Below are positions 1 to 10,130 of a stretch of DNA of 64,000 bases, one piece after another (the stretch's first letter is position 1; each line of letters starts with the position of its first letter). The stretch lies in the IMG/VR virus record IMGVR_UViG_3300033064_000910, positions 20,769-84,768 of that record; one strand, written 5' to 3'. The translations under genes and the position numbers were made by a program. This DNA comes from a virus. Lineage: Duplodnaviria > Caudoviricetes. The notes under the pieces were generated by a model, which searched no databases, was not told the DNA's origin, and saw nothing but the letters and a program-made list of their open reading frames with translations.

Positions 1-3000
1 AATGATGGATACAAATAATAATATTGTCCAGCTATAACACTTCTTTGATTTCCACCATAGAAATTATCAGTTATAACTGCATCTAAAATATATCCAACAT
101 CACGTCTACACGTTTCTCTTAAATAAACTAAGTTAGGGAAGAAAGCATCTATGTATTGTACAGTTTCATTTTGTATAAATTTTTTATTCTGTCTTAATAA
201 ATTAACTGATGATGTTGTAAATCCAGTTGGTGATATTAATACTTTATTTGCTATTATATTTTCTGCAGTACCAGCTACATATTTTATTCCATCAAGTGTA
301 GGTCCTTTTTGTGTTGCGGCAGTTGGTGAAACGGATCCTGTTAGGATTGCTGCCGATGGATATAGGTAATAGTATTCTCCAGCTTTAGAGCTTCTCTCAT
401 TACCACCATATACCAAGTCAGTTCTAACAGCATCTATAATATGTCCAATATCTCTCTTACAAGTTGTTTCGTTATAATAGAATCCATCACCACCACTCCA
501 AGAAGAAGATAGATAAGCAATTGATTCACTTTGTATAAACTTCTTATTATCAAGTAATAAATTAAATCCAGTTAATTCAGATGTTGTTGGTGATTGTAAT
601 AATAAATTTGCTACAATTTTTTCAGTAATTCCTTTAGCGTATTTAATACCATCTAAAGTTTGATTTAATTGTCCACCAGTATCACCATCGTTACCCACAG
701 TTGCTAATGAAGGATATAAGTAATAATACTCACCGGCTTTAGCTACTCTTTCGTTACCACCATAAAGAATATCAGTTGCTACCGCATCTAATATATAACC
801 AATATCTCTTTTACAAGTAGTTTGGTTATAACTGAATGCACTCCAAGAAGAAGATAGATAAGCAATAGTTTCATTTTGTATAAATGCCTTATTATTGAAT
901 ATCAATTCGTATGCAATAATATTAGAATTAGATGCTGATACAAATGTTGAATTTTTTAACACGCTATCGGTTAAATCTTTTGCGTATTTGATTCCACTTA
1001 ATGTTGGTCCTAATTGAGATGTTGTAGCTTGTGATGGATATTCATAATAGAATTTTCCAGCATTTATACTTCTCTCATTACCACCATACACTATATCAGT
1101 TGTTACCGCATCTAAAATATGTCCTACATCTCTCTTACAAGTTACTTCATTATAAGATGCTGTACTCCAACTTGCCGAAATATAACTTATAACTTCATTT
1201 TGTATAAATGCTCTATTGTTATAAATTAATTCTTTTGCTTGTAATTTATTTTGTGATACTTTTACGAATGTATTTCCTCTAATAATTTTGAATGCAAGGT
1301 TTCTAGCATATTCAATACCTGTTACAGTCTCCTGTATTTGTGAACCAGTTGCATCGGATGGATATTGATAATAAAATATTCCAGCATTTACAGTTCTTTC
1401 ATTTCCACCATATAATAAATCGGTAGAAACTGCATCTATAATATGACCAACATCTCTCTTACAAGTTGTTTCAATATATTGGTGTGTACTCCAAGATGAA
1501 CTTATATAAGGTATTACTTCATTCTTAATAAGCTCTTTGTTATTAACCAAAAGAGTATATGCAGTTTGAACTTGCGCCGATTGAGTTACAAATAAAGTAT
1601 TTAATACTAATTTTTGTGCTAAACGTGATGCGTATTTAATACCATCTAATGTTTGGTTTAATTGTGCTCCTTGCGCTTGTGATGGGAACTGATAATAAAA
1701 CTTACCATTGAATACTGATGCTGAATTTGCATTGAATATTAAATCTTCAGCCGAACCACTAAGTATTCCTTTTAAATCACGTCTACACTTACTCTCATCA
1801 TAAGATGCAGTACTCCAAGATGAACTTAAATATGCAATACTTTCTGATACTATAAAATCTAAGTTACTTTTTAGTATAGTATAAGCTGCTACTACATTTG
1901 AAGATGATATTGATGATGTATATAAAGTTACAGTTGGTAATGAACCAGTGCCATTTGCTATTATATTTGTTACAATAGAAATAGATGCCGATATTGCGTT
2001 AGCTTCAGTTTGTGTTGCCGCGCTTACTCCAAAATATTGAGTAGCATCAGTTACTTTAATATTTGCACCTGTATTTGGTGTTATTATTATTGGTATAGGA
2101 GTTACTGCATTTCTATCAGCTCTTACGAATGTATGTGCTGCTTGTGGTAAATGTTTAACTGCTCCAGTTGATGCGGATACAAATGTGTGTACCGATTGTG
2201 GTAAGTGTTGTATAGCGTTTGCTGATGCCGATACGAATGTGTGTATAGAACCAGAAGCACTTCCAGCATCTCCTACATTTATTCTAAATATTCCATTTTG
2301 TCTTTGTAATCCATTTGCGGTTGCTGATATAAATGTATGTGCGCTTGTATATGAAGATGGTCCTACATTGATATTAAATGTATTTGTAGTTACACCTGAT
2401 ATACTTAACCATCTACCACTTGGGTAATCGTATCCAGCTCTTGGGTAAGATTTTGAAACTAAATTTTCATCTAATATACAAGTATAAACTAATGAGTTAT
2501 CCGAAATTTTAATGTAATCACCATTACTAAATCCGTGAGATGCTATTGTTATAGTAACATCTCCAGTTTCAGCATTGTAAGGTGCATTTGTTATTGTATG
2601 TTGTGTAAATCCAACTGATGTTATCTCAATTGATTTTCCAGCATATGGGTCACTACCACTTCTAGGATAACTATGAGTTGTTGCGTTACCATCCTGGTCA
2701 CAGGTAAACGCTATTGATGAACTTACTAAAATAACACTTCTACCAACTCCCAATCCATGCTGCCCAACAGTTACATCCATATCTCCAGTTAGTGCATTGT
2801 AATTAACCGCAGATGGTGTAAAGTATTTATTAGCTGCGGATATTCCAGCATTAACTGTCAATGTAGTATATGTAGTATTTGTTATTTTAAAAGAACGTCC
2901 TGCATATGGGTCTATACCAAATCTAGGATAAGATTTAGTTGATTGATTATTATCCATATCGCAAGTGAATGCGATTGAACCAGTTGTTATTACAATTCCT

Positions 3001-6000
3001 TCTCCTATACTTAAAGTGTGCGGTCCAACAGTCAATACAAAATTACCAGTTGCTGGGTCATAAGTTGCAGCTGTAGGAGTGAAATATACATCAGGACCTG
3101 ATATACCAACATTTACAGTTATAGTATTAGTTGTTACTGAAATTATACTTAACCTACTATTATATGCACGCTGTCCAACTGAAGGTAATTTGTGTTCCGT
3201 TCTATTACCATCCATTTCACAAGTGAATACAAATGATTCAGGTTTTAAATAAATAAAATCAGATGCTTTATAGCTGTGGTTTGGAATCGTAATTACAAAA
3301 TTACCATTAGCAGGATTATACGTTGCCGTAGTTGGTTTAGAACCCGTACCATTTTGTAATATGTTTATAATTGTATCAAAGCTTCCTGATATATGTTTTG
3401 CTATTGAAGATGATATAATTACCGAAGATGTATATTGATTTGTATTTGTTATTTTTACTAATCCATCAACATTTTTTATTAATGTAGGCAAAGTATCAGT
3501 ACCATTTTCAACAATATCTAAAACAATATCAAAACTATTATTTGAAGCCGTAAGATATGTAGATGCTATTGATGCAGTTGTTATATATCTGCTTGTTGCT
3601 GTTCTTCTAATTAAAGAATTTACATTTGTTACAATAGTTGGAATTGAACCAGTGCCATTTGCTACAATATCAATTACAGTATCAAATCCAGTAGTTACTT
3701 TTACTTTTTCAGAAGTATTCGGCGTATTTGAAGATGTTATTTGTGTACCACCAATAAAGTTTACACCTCTATTTGTATTTTTAAGAATAGTTGTTGGTAT
3801 TGAACCAGTACCATTTGATACGATATTAAGTATATTACCAAATGAAGATGATATAATAGATTTATCAGCTGTTGCTACTGATATTGATGATGTAATTTGT
3901 AGAGCAGTAGTTGCTTTGATTCCATCTGCAGTATTTAGTACCACAGAAGGTGCAGAATTACTTCCACTTTCAATTACGTTTGCCACAATATCAAAACCAT
4001 CCTCTATTGATTTTCCACCAATTGCTACTAACTTTGCTAAACCTTTTGTGAAGTTTAATGAATCAATTGTTTCTTCAGATTGAACTCCGGTAGCTTGGGA
4101 TGGATATAAATAATAGAATCTTCCTGCTATTACACTTCTTTCATTACCACCATATACTAAATCAGTAATTACAGCATCTACAATAAATCCCGTATCTCTG
4201 TAACACTTACTTTCAATATAATCTAAATTAGGATATATTTCATTAGCGTAATCAACGGTGTTTTGTTGTAAGAATGCTCTATTTTTTCTTACTAAAGCTG
4301 CTGCGTTTGTTATTGCTGAAGATGGTACACTTAATATATTATTTTTAATTATATTTTGTACTAAACCATTACCATATTCTATACCAGTTATTGTACTATC
4401 TAATTGAGAAGTTGCGGATGGTACACCCGCTACTATTGCTTTTGATGGATATCTATAATAATATTCGCCGGCAAATCTACTTCTTTCATTTCCACCATAT
4501 ACTAAGTCAGTTCTAACCGCATCTAAAATATATTTAATATCCCTTCTACATTTAGTATCATCGTAAGGTGCATCACTCCAAGAAGAACTTACATATTCAA
4601 CTACTTCGTTTGCAATCAAATCTCTATTCAATCTTATTAAGTTACTTGCATTTATTTTATTGCTTTCGGCTTGAATAAATGTTGTATTTAATACTGTCTT
4701 TTGTGCTAATCTATTTGCGTAATTAATACCATCAATAGTTTGCATTAATTGTGAACCAGTTGCTGCCGAAGGATATGTATAGTAATAGTATGCTGCTACT
4801 CTAGTTCTTTCGTTTCCACCATATACCATATCAGTAATTGCTGCATCTAATATATGTCCTACATCTCTCTTACAAGTTGTTTCGTTATAATCATGCGCAA
4901 TCCAAGATGATGATAGATATGCTATTGTTTCATCTTTAATAAATTGTGTATTATTTCTTAATAATACTTTTGCGTTTGTTACATTAGAAGATGGTGCAGC
5001 AAACGGTATATTTTGAATTACTTTTTGTGCCAAACGTGATGCGTAATTAATTGCATCCAATGTTTGTGCTAATTGCGAATCGTTAGCTTTAGATGGAAAC
5101 TCTAAATAAAAATTACCATTAAATATAGATGCAGAATTTGCATTGAATATTAAATCCTCCGCTGAACCACTCAATATACCTGTTAAATCTCTTTTACATT
5201 TACTTTCATCATATTCAAATGAAGACCAAGATGATGATATGTATGCAATACTTTCTGAAACTATAAATGGTATGTTTAGTTTTAATAAGTTATAAGATGC
5301 AATATTAGATGTTGATAATACTGGTGCCGAATATAAAGTAATTGCCGGAGATGCTCCTTCACCAAATTCTATTATTTTTGTTACAATTGAAATAGATGAT
5401 GATATAAATGCTACATTTTCCAAGCTACCACTATACAACGATGATGATACTATTTGAGTTCCAGAAGTTACTTTTATATTTCCGTTTAACGAAGATGTTA
5501 ATGCTGGTATAACAGATGTTCCATTTATTAATACTCTTTCAACTAAAGCAAATGATGAACTAATACTTGCACTTTCTGCAGTTGTTGCTGCAGAACTTGC
5601 TGTAAATACCGTATTAGTAACTTTAATACTTTGTGATGTATTTAATTTTAATTCTCCTAATGAACCCGTTCCGTTTATTATAATTCTTGCTACTAAAGCG
5701 AATGATGATGAAAGTGATGATGTTGCCGAACCACTTACAGCAAATGATGCAGTTGTTTGTGTTCCAGTAGTTACTTTAGTTAATCCTACATGTGATGAAG
5801 TAAATAAAGGTTCTGCTACTAAACCACCACCAATAATAGTATTTACAACATCAAAATTTCTGCCAATTGTAGTTACTTCGTTTGGTGTTGTATTAGATGA
5901 TGTTATTTGAGAACCAGTGCTTACATTTATTGGATTGTATTTATTCCAAGTTAATCCAGTATTTTGTGCTAATAAAGATTTAACCGAACTTAATCCTCTT

Positions 6001-9000
6001 GCTACAATTCCTTCTATAATTGAGAACGTATTACCAATAAAAGTTTGCTGCGTTGCCGAACCACTAAATGAAGATGTTGCGTTTGTTAAAGTAGATAATC
6101 TAAAGTTCTTTTCATCATTATAAACAATACGTGGTGTATCTAATATTTGATTTTGAACAATAGTATCTCCAATAATTTTTGCATACTTAACACCAGCAAT
6201 AGTTGATGTTCTTTGAGTTGTTGTTGCTAAAGATGGATAATCATAATAGTATCTACCAGCAGTTATACCTCTTTCAATTCCACCATATAATAAATCAGTT
6301 GCTACATTATCAACAATATACCCAACATCTCTTTTACAAGTTGCTTGAATATATTTTAAATTTGGAAATGCAACATTAATAAATTGAATTGTTTCGTTTT
6401 GAATTAATTCTTTATTATTTATTAAATTATTATATGCCGATAATATTGATGCGGTTGGAGCTGTAAATGTTTTTTTCTTTAATAAATTATCAACCAATCC
6501 ACTTGCGTATCTGATACCATCCGATGTTTGTCCTAATTGACCAACACCATCTCCATCACCTCTTACGATTGCTAAAGATGGGTATTGATAATAGTATTCA
6601 CCAGCAATTATACTTCTTTCATTACCACCATATTTTGCATCAGTTGCTACTGCATCTAATATATAACCAGTATCACGTCTACATTTTGCTTCGTTATAAT
6701 AAAAATTAGACCAAGATGATGATAAATAAGTTATAACTTCATTTTGTACAAATGTTTTATTATCTCTAATAGTATTCCAAACATCATCTACTTCAGTTGT
6801 TGGTTCTGTATATACTTTACCTCTAATTAAATTTAATGAAACTCCAGCTGCATGCTTCATAGCAGTTAGCGTTGGTCCTAATTGTGTAGTAGTTGCTTCA
6901 GATGGATATTGATAATAAAATAAACCATTTCTAATACTTTCTTCATTTCCACCAAATAAAAGGTCTTTTGCTACACCATTTACAATATAACCAACATCTC
7001 TTTTACAAGTTTCTTCTGGATATGAAAACCCACTCCAAGATGATGATACAAATTGTATTACTTCATCTTTGATAAATTCTATGTTACTTACTAATATTTC
7101 GTATGCCGTTACAACATCAATACCTGTTTTAGCTATTGAACCACTTTGTATTGTAGCTGGATATGTTAATGTATTTTTAATTAAGTCAAATGGTGTTGTA
7201 GATGAATTTACTATTTCAATCTTACCACCCATTAAACTTCTATTCTGCGATACATAATATAATTTGTTTGGTGCGTTATATGGTACTGTAAAGGTTATTG
7301 TCCCTCTACTATCGCCATTGTTTACCATACCAATATTATAATCATATTTTTCAGTAATACCTTCTAATTGTTCTGTTCTAATCCAAAACGGATATTCGAT
7401 ACCACCAAATATTTCTATTGCATTTACATTAAATTTGTAAGTTTCTCCTCTAAATAAAGTTAATGTAGGATTACTACCAAGTCCTTCAAAATCAAATGAA
7501 GAACTATTATTATTTGTTATTACAAAAGATTTTTTATGATTAGCTGGTATTGATAAAATATTACTACCAGTACCATTTGCTAAAATATTATAAACAATAC
7601 TAAAACTTGCACTTATAGAATTTATTGTTGCTAAAGATGATGTTACACCCAGCATTATTTGTTCGGTAGTTCCACCCTTTATACTACCACTTGTATTTGC
7701 TATGTACGTTGGTTTAACAGAAACGCCTTTTGTAATAATATTAAGAACCGTTCCAAATGATGAACTAACAGATGCAGTATAGTTTGTTGCAATATTTGTT
7801 ATTTGCTCAATTACATCAGTACCAATTTGTTTACTAGCACTTGTATTTGATTTAAAATTAAATGAACCAGTACCATTTGCTAATATACTTAATAAGGCTG
7901 CGTATGATGAACTAATAGTATTTAAATCATGTTGAGTAGCTGATATAGATGATGTTATTTGCTCTGCTCCTAATATATTATATGGAGAATCAAATCCGTA
8001 TCCCTTTATAGAACTCTTAGCTAATAGGGTTGGAAAATTAGTTACACCTTTATCAACTATTTCACTTATTAATGTATAATCAGAAAATATTTCATCTGCT
8101 GCAGTAGTTGATAATGTTGTTGTAGCAGATACTCTACTTTGTGTATATAATGATGGCGCTGTTATACGAATCCCTTCAGCTGTATTCAATTTTGTTATTG
8201 TAGGTAATCCATTTTCTAATCCTTTGTTTAGAACATTAACAACACAACTCCAAGTTCCTCTTACACTATCTCTAGCTTGAATATTACCACCACTACCAGA
8301 AATAAGACGAGAACCACTAGCGTACATACCATACAAACCAAACGAAATGTTTGAGTTATTTAGGGTAGCTTGTCCGCCATTGTTTACTCTAATTGCATAA
8401 TATGAGAAGTTATTAAAGAAAGATACCAACTGAATGAAACCTCTACCATTAACCAAACAACCTACGCCGTTTGGAGAAATTTGAGTGTAAGCATCCAATA
8501 CCATTGAAGCCAATGGAGAATCGGGATCAATCACATCACCATTAACATAAAGACCTCCACCTCCTGGTGGAATATCTTCATAAAGTTCGGTGAATGAATT
8601 CTCTTGATTTGAAATTTGAGAACAGTTCTGAACATATGGCGAAGTTGTAATAAATGCTCCGGGTTGGAAAGCCACAGCGAATCCTTTTTCAGGATTTATT
8701 TGGTCTGGATACAATCTCAATCCTCCCATTGTTACCTCTGCAATATAACATCCAGCGTTTACTAAGAATAGGTCTTCTGTGGGTGTTTTAGCGTTAATCT
8801 TGGTGATACGCAAACCGGCACCCCATATAGTTGTATTCTTAGGAAGTATCACAGGATTATCCTCTAAATACGTTCCAGCCTGTACTTTAATCACATATCC
8901 ATTTGATATTGAACCGGTATCGAATCCATATCTACCATCGTATCCTGGTGCTGCCAATGATGCAGCTCTTTTAATTGTACGAAGTGGAAATTGAATAGTT

Positions 9001-9377
9001 CTACCATCGTTTGTATCATCACCATCGGTAGAAGAAACATAAAGAGTAGGTACGTTAGCACCAAAATCTTTTGCAAGAATACCAGCATATCTTTGTGTAT
9101 CAACTGCTAATATTGAATTGGAAGATGTTACCGAAAGAATTGTGTTTGGTGCTGCAGTTCTTAATTCCCCATCAATTACCAATGAACCTGTTAAAAATAC
9201 AGAACCAGTGATTTCACTTTTATCATTTAAATCATTTCCAAAAAAGAAACTCTTAGATACAAACAATGAACCACTTATAATAGCATCTTGTCCAATTTCA
9301 ACATTTTGTTGTATTGAAAGAGACCCACTAATATTTTGTTGTTCTTCAATTTGTTTACGAGGTATTAATCTTGCCAT
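1..9377 (-). CDS. Giant (>3,100 aa, runs off the left edge) virion appendage/fibre protein: TGS-rich N-terminus, pectin-lyase-like beta-helix, ~40-aa helical repeats, cupredoxin-like domain, >=13 CxRD repeats, nested beta-domain repeats
   Basis: Not in the ORF track because its stop lies outside the window. ATG at 9375-9377 (MARLIPRKQ) follows the stop of the upstream gene. The same frame reads AGQYYYLYPS at bases 32 to 3. Blocks translated by hand (2100-3360, 4680-4980, 7200-7560) are open and repetitive. Confidence 0.9.
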   Translation of the reverse strand, partial: MARLIPRKQIEEQQNISGSLSIQQNVEIGQDAIISGSLFVSKSFFFGNDLNDKSEITGSVFLTGSLVIDGELRTAAPNTILSVTSSNSILAVDTQRYAGILAKDFGANVPTLYVSSTDGDDTNDGRTIQFPLRTIKRAASLAAPGYDGRYGFDTGSISNGYVIKVQAGTYLEDNPVILPKNTTIWGAGLRITKINAKTPTEDLFLVNAGCYIAEVTMGGLRLYPDQINPEKGFAVAFQPGAFITTSPYVQNCSQISNQENSFTELYEDIPPGGGGLYVNGDVIDPDSPLASMVLDAYTQISPNGVGCLVNGRGFIQLVSFFNNFSYYAIRVNNGGQATLNNSNISFGLYGMYASGSRLISGSGGNIQARDSVRGTWSCVVNVLNKGLENGLPTITKLNTAEGIRITAPSLYTQSRVSATTTLSTTAADEIFSDYTLISEIVDKGVTNFPTLLAKSSIKGYGFDSPYNILGAEQITSSISATQHDLNTISSSYAALLSILANGTGSFNFKSNTSASKQIGTDVIEQITNIATNYTASVSSSFGTVLNIITKGVSVKPTYIANTSGSIKGGTTEQIMLGVTSSLATINSISASFSIVYNILANGTGSNILSIPANHKKSFVITNNNSSSFDFEGLGSNPTLTLFRGETYKFNVNAIEIFGGIEYPFWIRTEQLEGITEKYDYNIGMVNNGDSRGTITFTVPYNAPNKLYYVSQNRSLMGGKIEIVNSSTTPFDLIKNTLTYPATIQSGSIAKTGIDVVTAYEILVSNIEFIKDEVIQFVSSSWSGFSYPEETCKRDVGYIVNGVAKDLLFGGNEESIRNGLFYYQYPSEATTTQLGPTLTAMKHAAGVSLNLIRGKVYTEPTTEVDDVWNTIRDNKTFVQNEVITYLSSSWSNFYYNEAKCRRDTGYILDAVATDAKYGGNERSIIAGEYYYQYPSLAIVRGDGDGVGQLGQTSDGIRYASGLVDNLLKKKTFTAPTASILSAYNNLINNKELIQNETIQFINVAFPNLKYIQATCKRDVGYIVDNVATDLLYGGIERGITAGRYYYDYPSLATTTQRTSTIAGVKYAKIIGDTIVQNQILDTPRIVYNDEKNFRLSTLTNATSSFSGSATQQTFIGNTFSIIEGIVARGLSSVKSLLAQNTGLTWNKYNPINVSTGSQITSSNTTPNEVTTIGRNFDVVNTIIGGGLVAEPLFTSSHVGLTKVTTGTQTTASFAVSGSATSSLSSSFALVARIIINGTGSLGELKLNTSQSIKVTNTVFTASSAATTAESASISSSFALVERVLINGTSVIPALTSSLNGNIKVTSGTQIVSSSLYSGSLENVAFISSSISIVTKIIEFGEGASPAITLYSAPVLSTSNIASYNLLKLNIPFIVSESIAYISSSWSSFEYDESKCKRDLTGILSGSAEDLIFNANSASIFNGNFYLEFPSKANDSQLAQTLDAINYASRLAQKVIQNIPFAAPSSNVTNAKVLLRNNTQFIKDETIAYLSSSWIAHDYNETTCKRDVGHILDAAITDMVYGGNERTRVAAYYYYTYPSAATGSQLMQTIDGINYANRLAQKTVLNTTFIQAESNKINASNLIRLNRDLIANEVVEYVSSSWSDAPYDDTKCRRDIKYILDAVRTDLVYGGNERSRFAGEYYYRYPSKAIVAGVPSATSQLDSTITGIEYGNGLVQNIIKNNILSVPSSAITNAAALVRKNRAFLQQNTVDYANEIYPNLDYIESKCYRDTGFIVDAVITDLVYGGNERSVIAGRFYYLYPSQATGVQSEETIDSLNFTKGLAKLVAIGGKSIEDGFDIVANVIESGSNSAPSVVLNTADGIKATTALQITSSISVATADKSIISSSFGNILNIVSNGTGSIPTTILKNTNRGVNFIGGTQITSSNTPNTSEKVKVTTGFDTVIDIVANGTGSIPTIVTNVNSLIRRTATSRYITTASIASTYLTASNNSFDIVLDIVENGTDTLPTLIKNVDGLVKITNTNQYTSSVIISSSIAKHISGSFDTIINILQNGTGSKPTTATYNPANGNFVITIPNHSYKASDFIYLKPESFVFTCEMDGNRTEHKLPSVGQRAYNSRLSIISVTTNTITVNVGISGPDVYFTPTAATYDPATGNFVLTVGPHTLSIGEGIVITTGSIAFTCDMDNNQSTKSYPRFGIDPYAGRSFKITNTTYTTLTVNAGISAANKYFTPSAVNYNALTGDMDVTVGQHGLGVGRSVILVSSSIAFTCDQDGNATTHSYPRSGSDPYAGKSIEITSVGFTQHTITNAPYNAETGDVTITIASHGFSNGDYIKISDNSLVYTCILDENLVSKSYPRAGYDYPSGRWLSISGVTTNTFNINVGPSSYTSAHTFISATANGLQRQNGIFRINVGDAGSASGSIHTFVSASANAIQHLPQSVHTFVSASTGAVKHLPQAAHTFVRADRNAVTPIPIIITPNTGANIKVTDATQYFGVSAATQTEANAISASISIVTNIIANGTGSLPTVTLYTSSISSSNVVAAYTILKSNLDFIVSESIAYLSSSWSTASYDESKCRRDLKGILSGSAEDLIFNANSASVFNGKFYYQFPSQAQGAQLNQTLDGIKYASRLAQKLVLNTLFVTQSAQVQTAYTLLVNNKELIKNEVIPYISSSWSTHQYIETTCKRDVGHIIDAVSTDLLYGGNERTVNAGIFYYQYPSDATGSQIQETVTGIEYARNLAFKIIRGNTFVKVSQNKLQAKELIYNNRAFIQNEVISYISASWSTASYNEVTCKRDVGHILDAVTTDIVYGGNERSINAGKFYYEYPSQATTSQLGPTLSGIKYAKDLTDSVLKNSTFVSASNSNIIAYELIFNNKAFIQNETIAYLSSSWSAFSYNQTTCKRDIGYILDAVATDILYGGNERVAKAGEYYYLYPSLATVGNDGDTGGQLNQTLDGIKYAKGITEKIVANLLLQSPTTSELTGFNLLLDNKKFIQSESIAYLSSSWSGGDGFYYNETTCKRDIGHIIDAVRTDLVYGGNERSSKAGEYYYLYPSAAILTGSVSPTAATQKGPTLDGIKYVAGTAENIIANKVLISPTGFTTSSVNLLRQNKKFIQNETVQYIDAFFPNLVYLRETCRRDVGYILDAVITDNFYGGNQRSVIAGQYYYLYPS

Positions 9378-9380
9378 TTA

Positions 9381-9767
9381 TTATAATATTTCTGCTATTT
9401 TTCCTTTTATTTCAAAATCATTTACACTAACTTCACCAGGTAATCTAGTTACATCAGAAACAAATGTTATAACAATATTATTACCACTAATTACAACATT
9501 GTATTTATCCTGTGGTTGCTTTATCCCAAATAAATATACATCTACATAATCTGATACATCATCTAATTCTAAAATATCGAAAATAAATTTTTTATTTATC
9601 AAAGTTAAAATAATTAATCTACCATCTTCGTTTAATTCAATAGTTGATGGGATATAGTTATAAATAAATGTATCAGTATTTACCTGTAATACAAATTGTT
9701 TAAATCCCAATCTATCTCTTAATTTTTGAGTAGTATCTATGTTAATATTTGGTGTACTTCTTGCCAT
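9381..9767 (-). CDS. Hypothetical virion adaptor protein, paralogous to the next ORF and to the gp15-like C-terminal domain
   Basis: 128 aa, TAATG-coupled to the upstream gene; motif VDVYLFG...Y.V...NNIVITF...DFEIKGK. Confidence 0.65.
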   Translation of the reverse strand: MARSTPNINIDTTQKLRDRLGFKQFVLQVNTDTFIYNYIPSTIELNEDGRLIILTLINKKFIFDILELDDVSDYVDVYLFGIKQPQDKYNVVISGNNIVITFVSDVTRLPGEVSVNDFEIKGKIAEIL

Positions 9768-10129
9768 TATTGATTTCTAAATGTTTCTAAATCGCCGTTT
9801 ATTTTAACCTCATCATTTTCATCCAAAGTATAAGGATTACCAAATCTATCAAATTCAGGAAAATTTACTTTTATAAATTTAATATAAAACGCATTTCCTT
9901 TATTTTCAACTATATAATCATTTTCAGATATAAATAACCCATTTATAAAAACATCGAATCTTGCAGATGGATTTCTTAAAGATTCTAGTTTTGAAAATAA
10001 TGTCTTAACTCTAACATTTTCAATTTTATAAATCCAATAGTAAGGGTGTGATAAATCGTGCGCAAATAATTCAAATTCATTTGGCTCATTTATTTCCTTC
10101 ATTATATTTTTTAATTGTCTTATATTCAT
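9767..10129 (-). CDS. Hypothetical virion adaptor protein
   Basis: 120 aa; motif FDVFING...Y.V...NAFYIKF...DEVKINGD shared with its neighbours. Confidence 0.65.
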   Translation of the reverse strand: MNIRQLKNIMKEINEPNEFELFAHDLSHPYYWIYKIENVRVKTLFSKLESLRNPSARFDVFINGLFISENDYIVENKGNAFYIKFIKVNFPEFDRFGNPYTLDENDEVKINGDLETFRNQ

Positions 10130-10130
10130 G

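Noticed and set aside
8891-9103. 70-aa minus-strand ORF; likewise 15425-15643, 40910-41149 and 51469-51705
   Set aside because: Alternate-frame ORFs nested inside larger, motif-bearing genes on the same strand.
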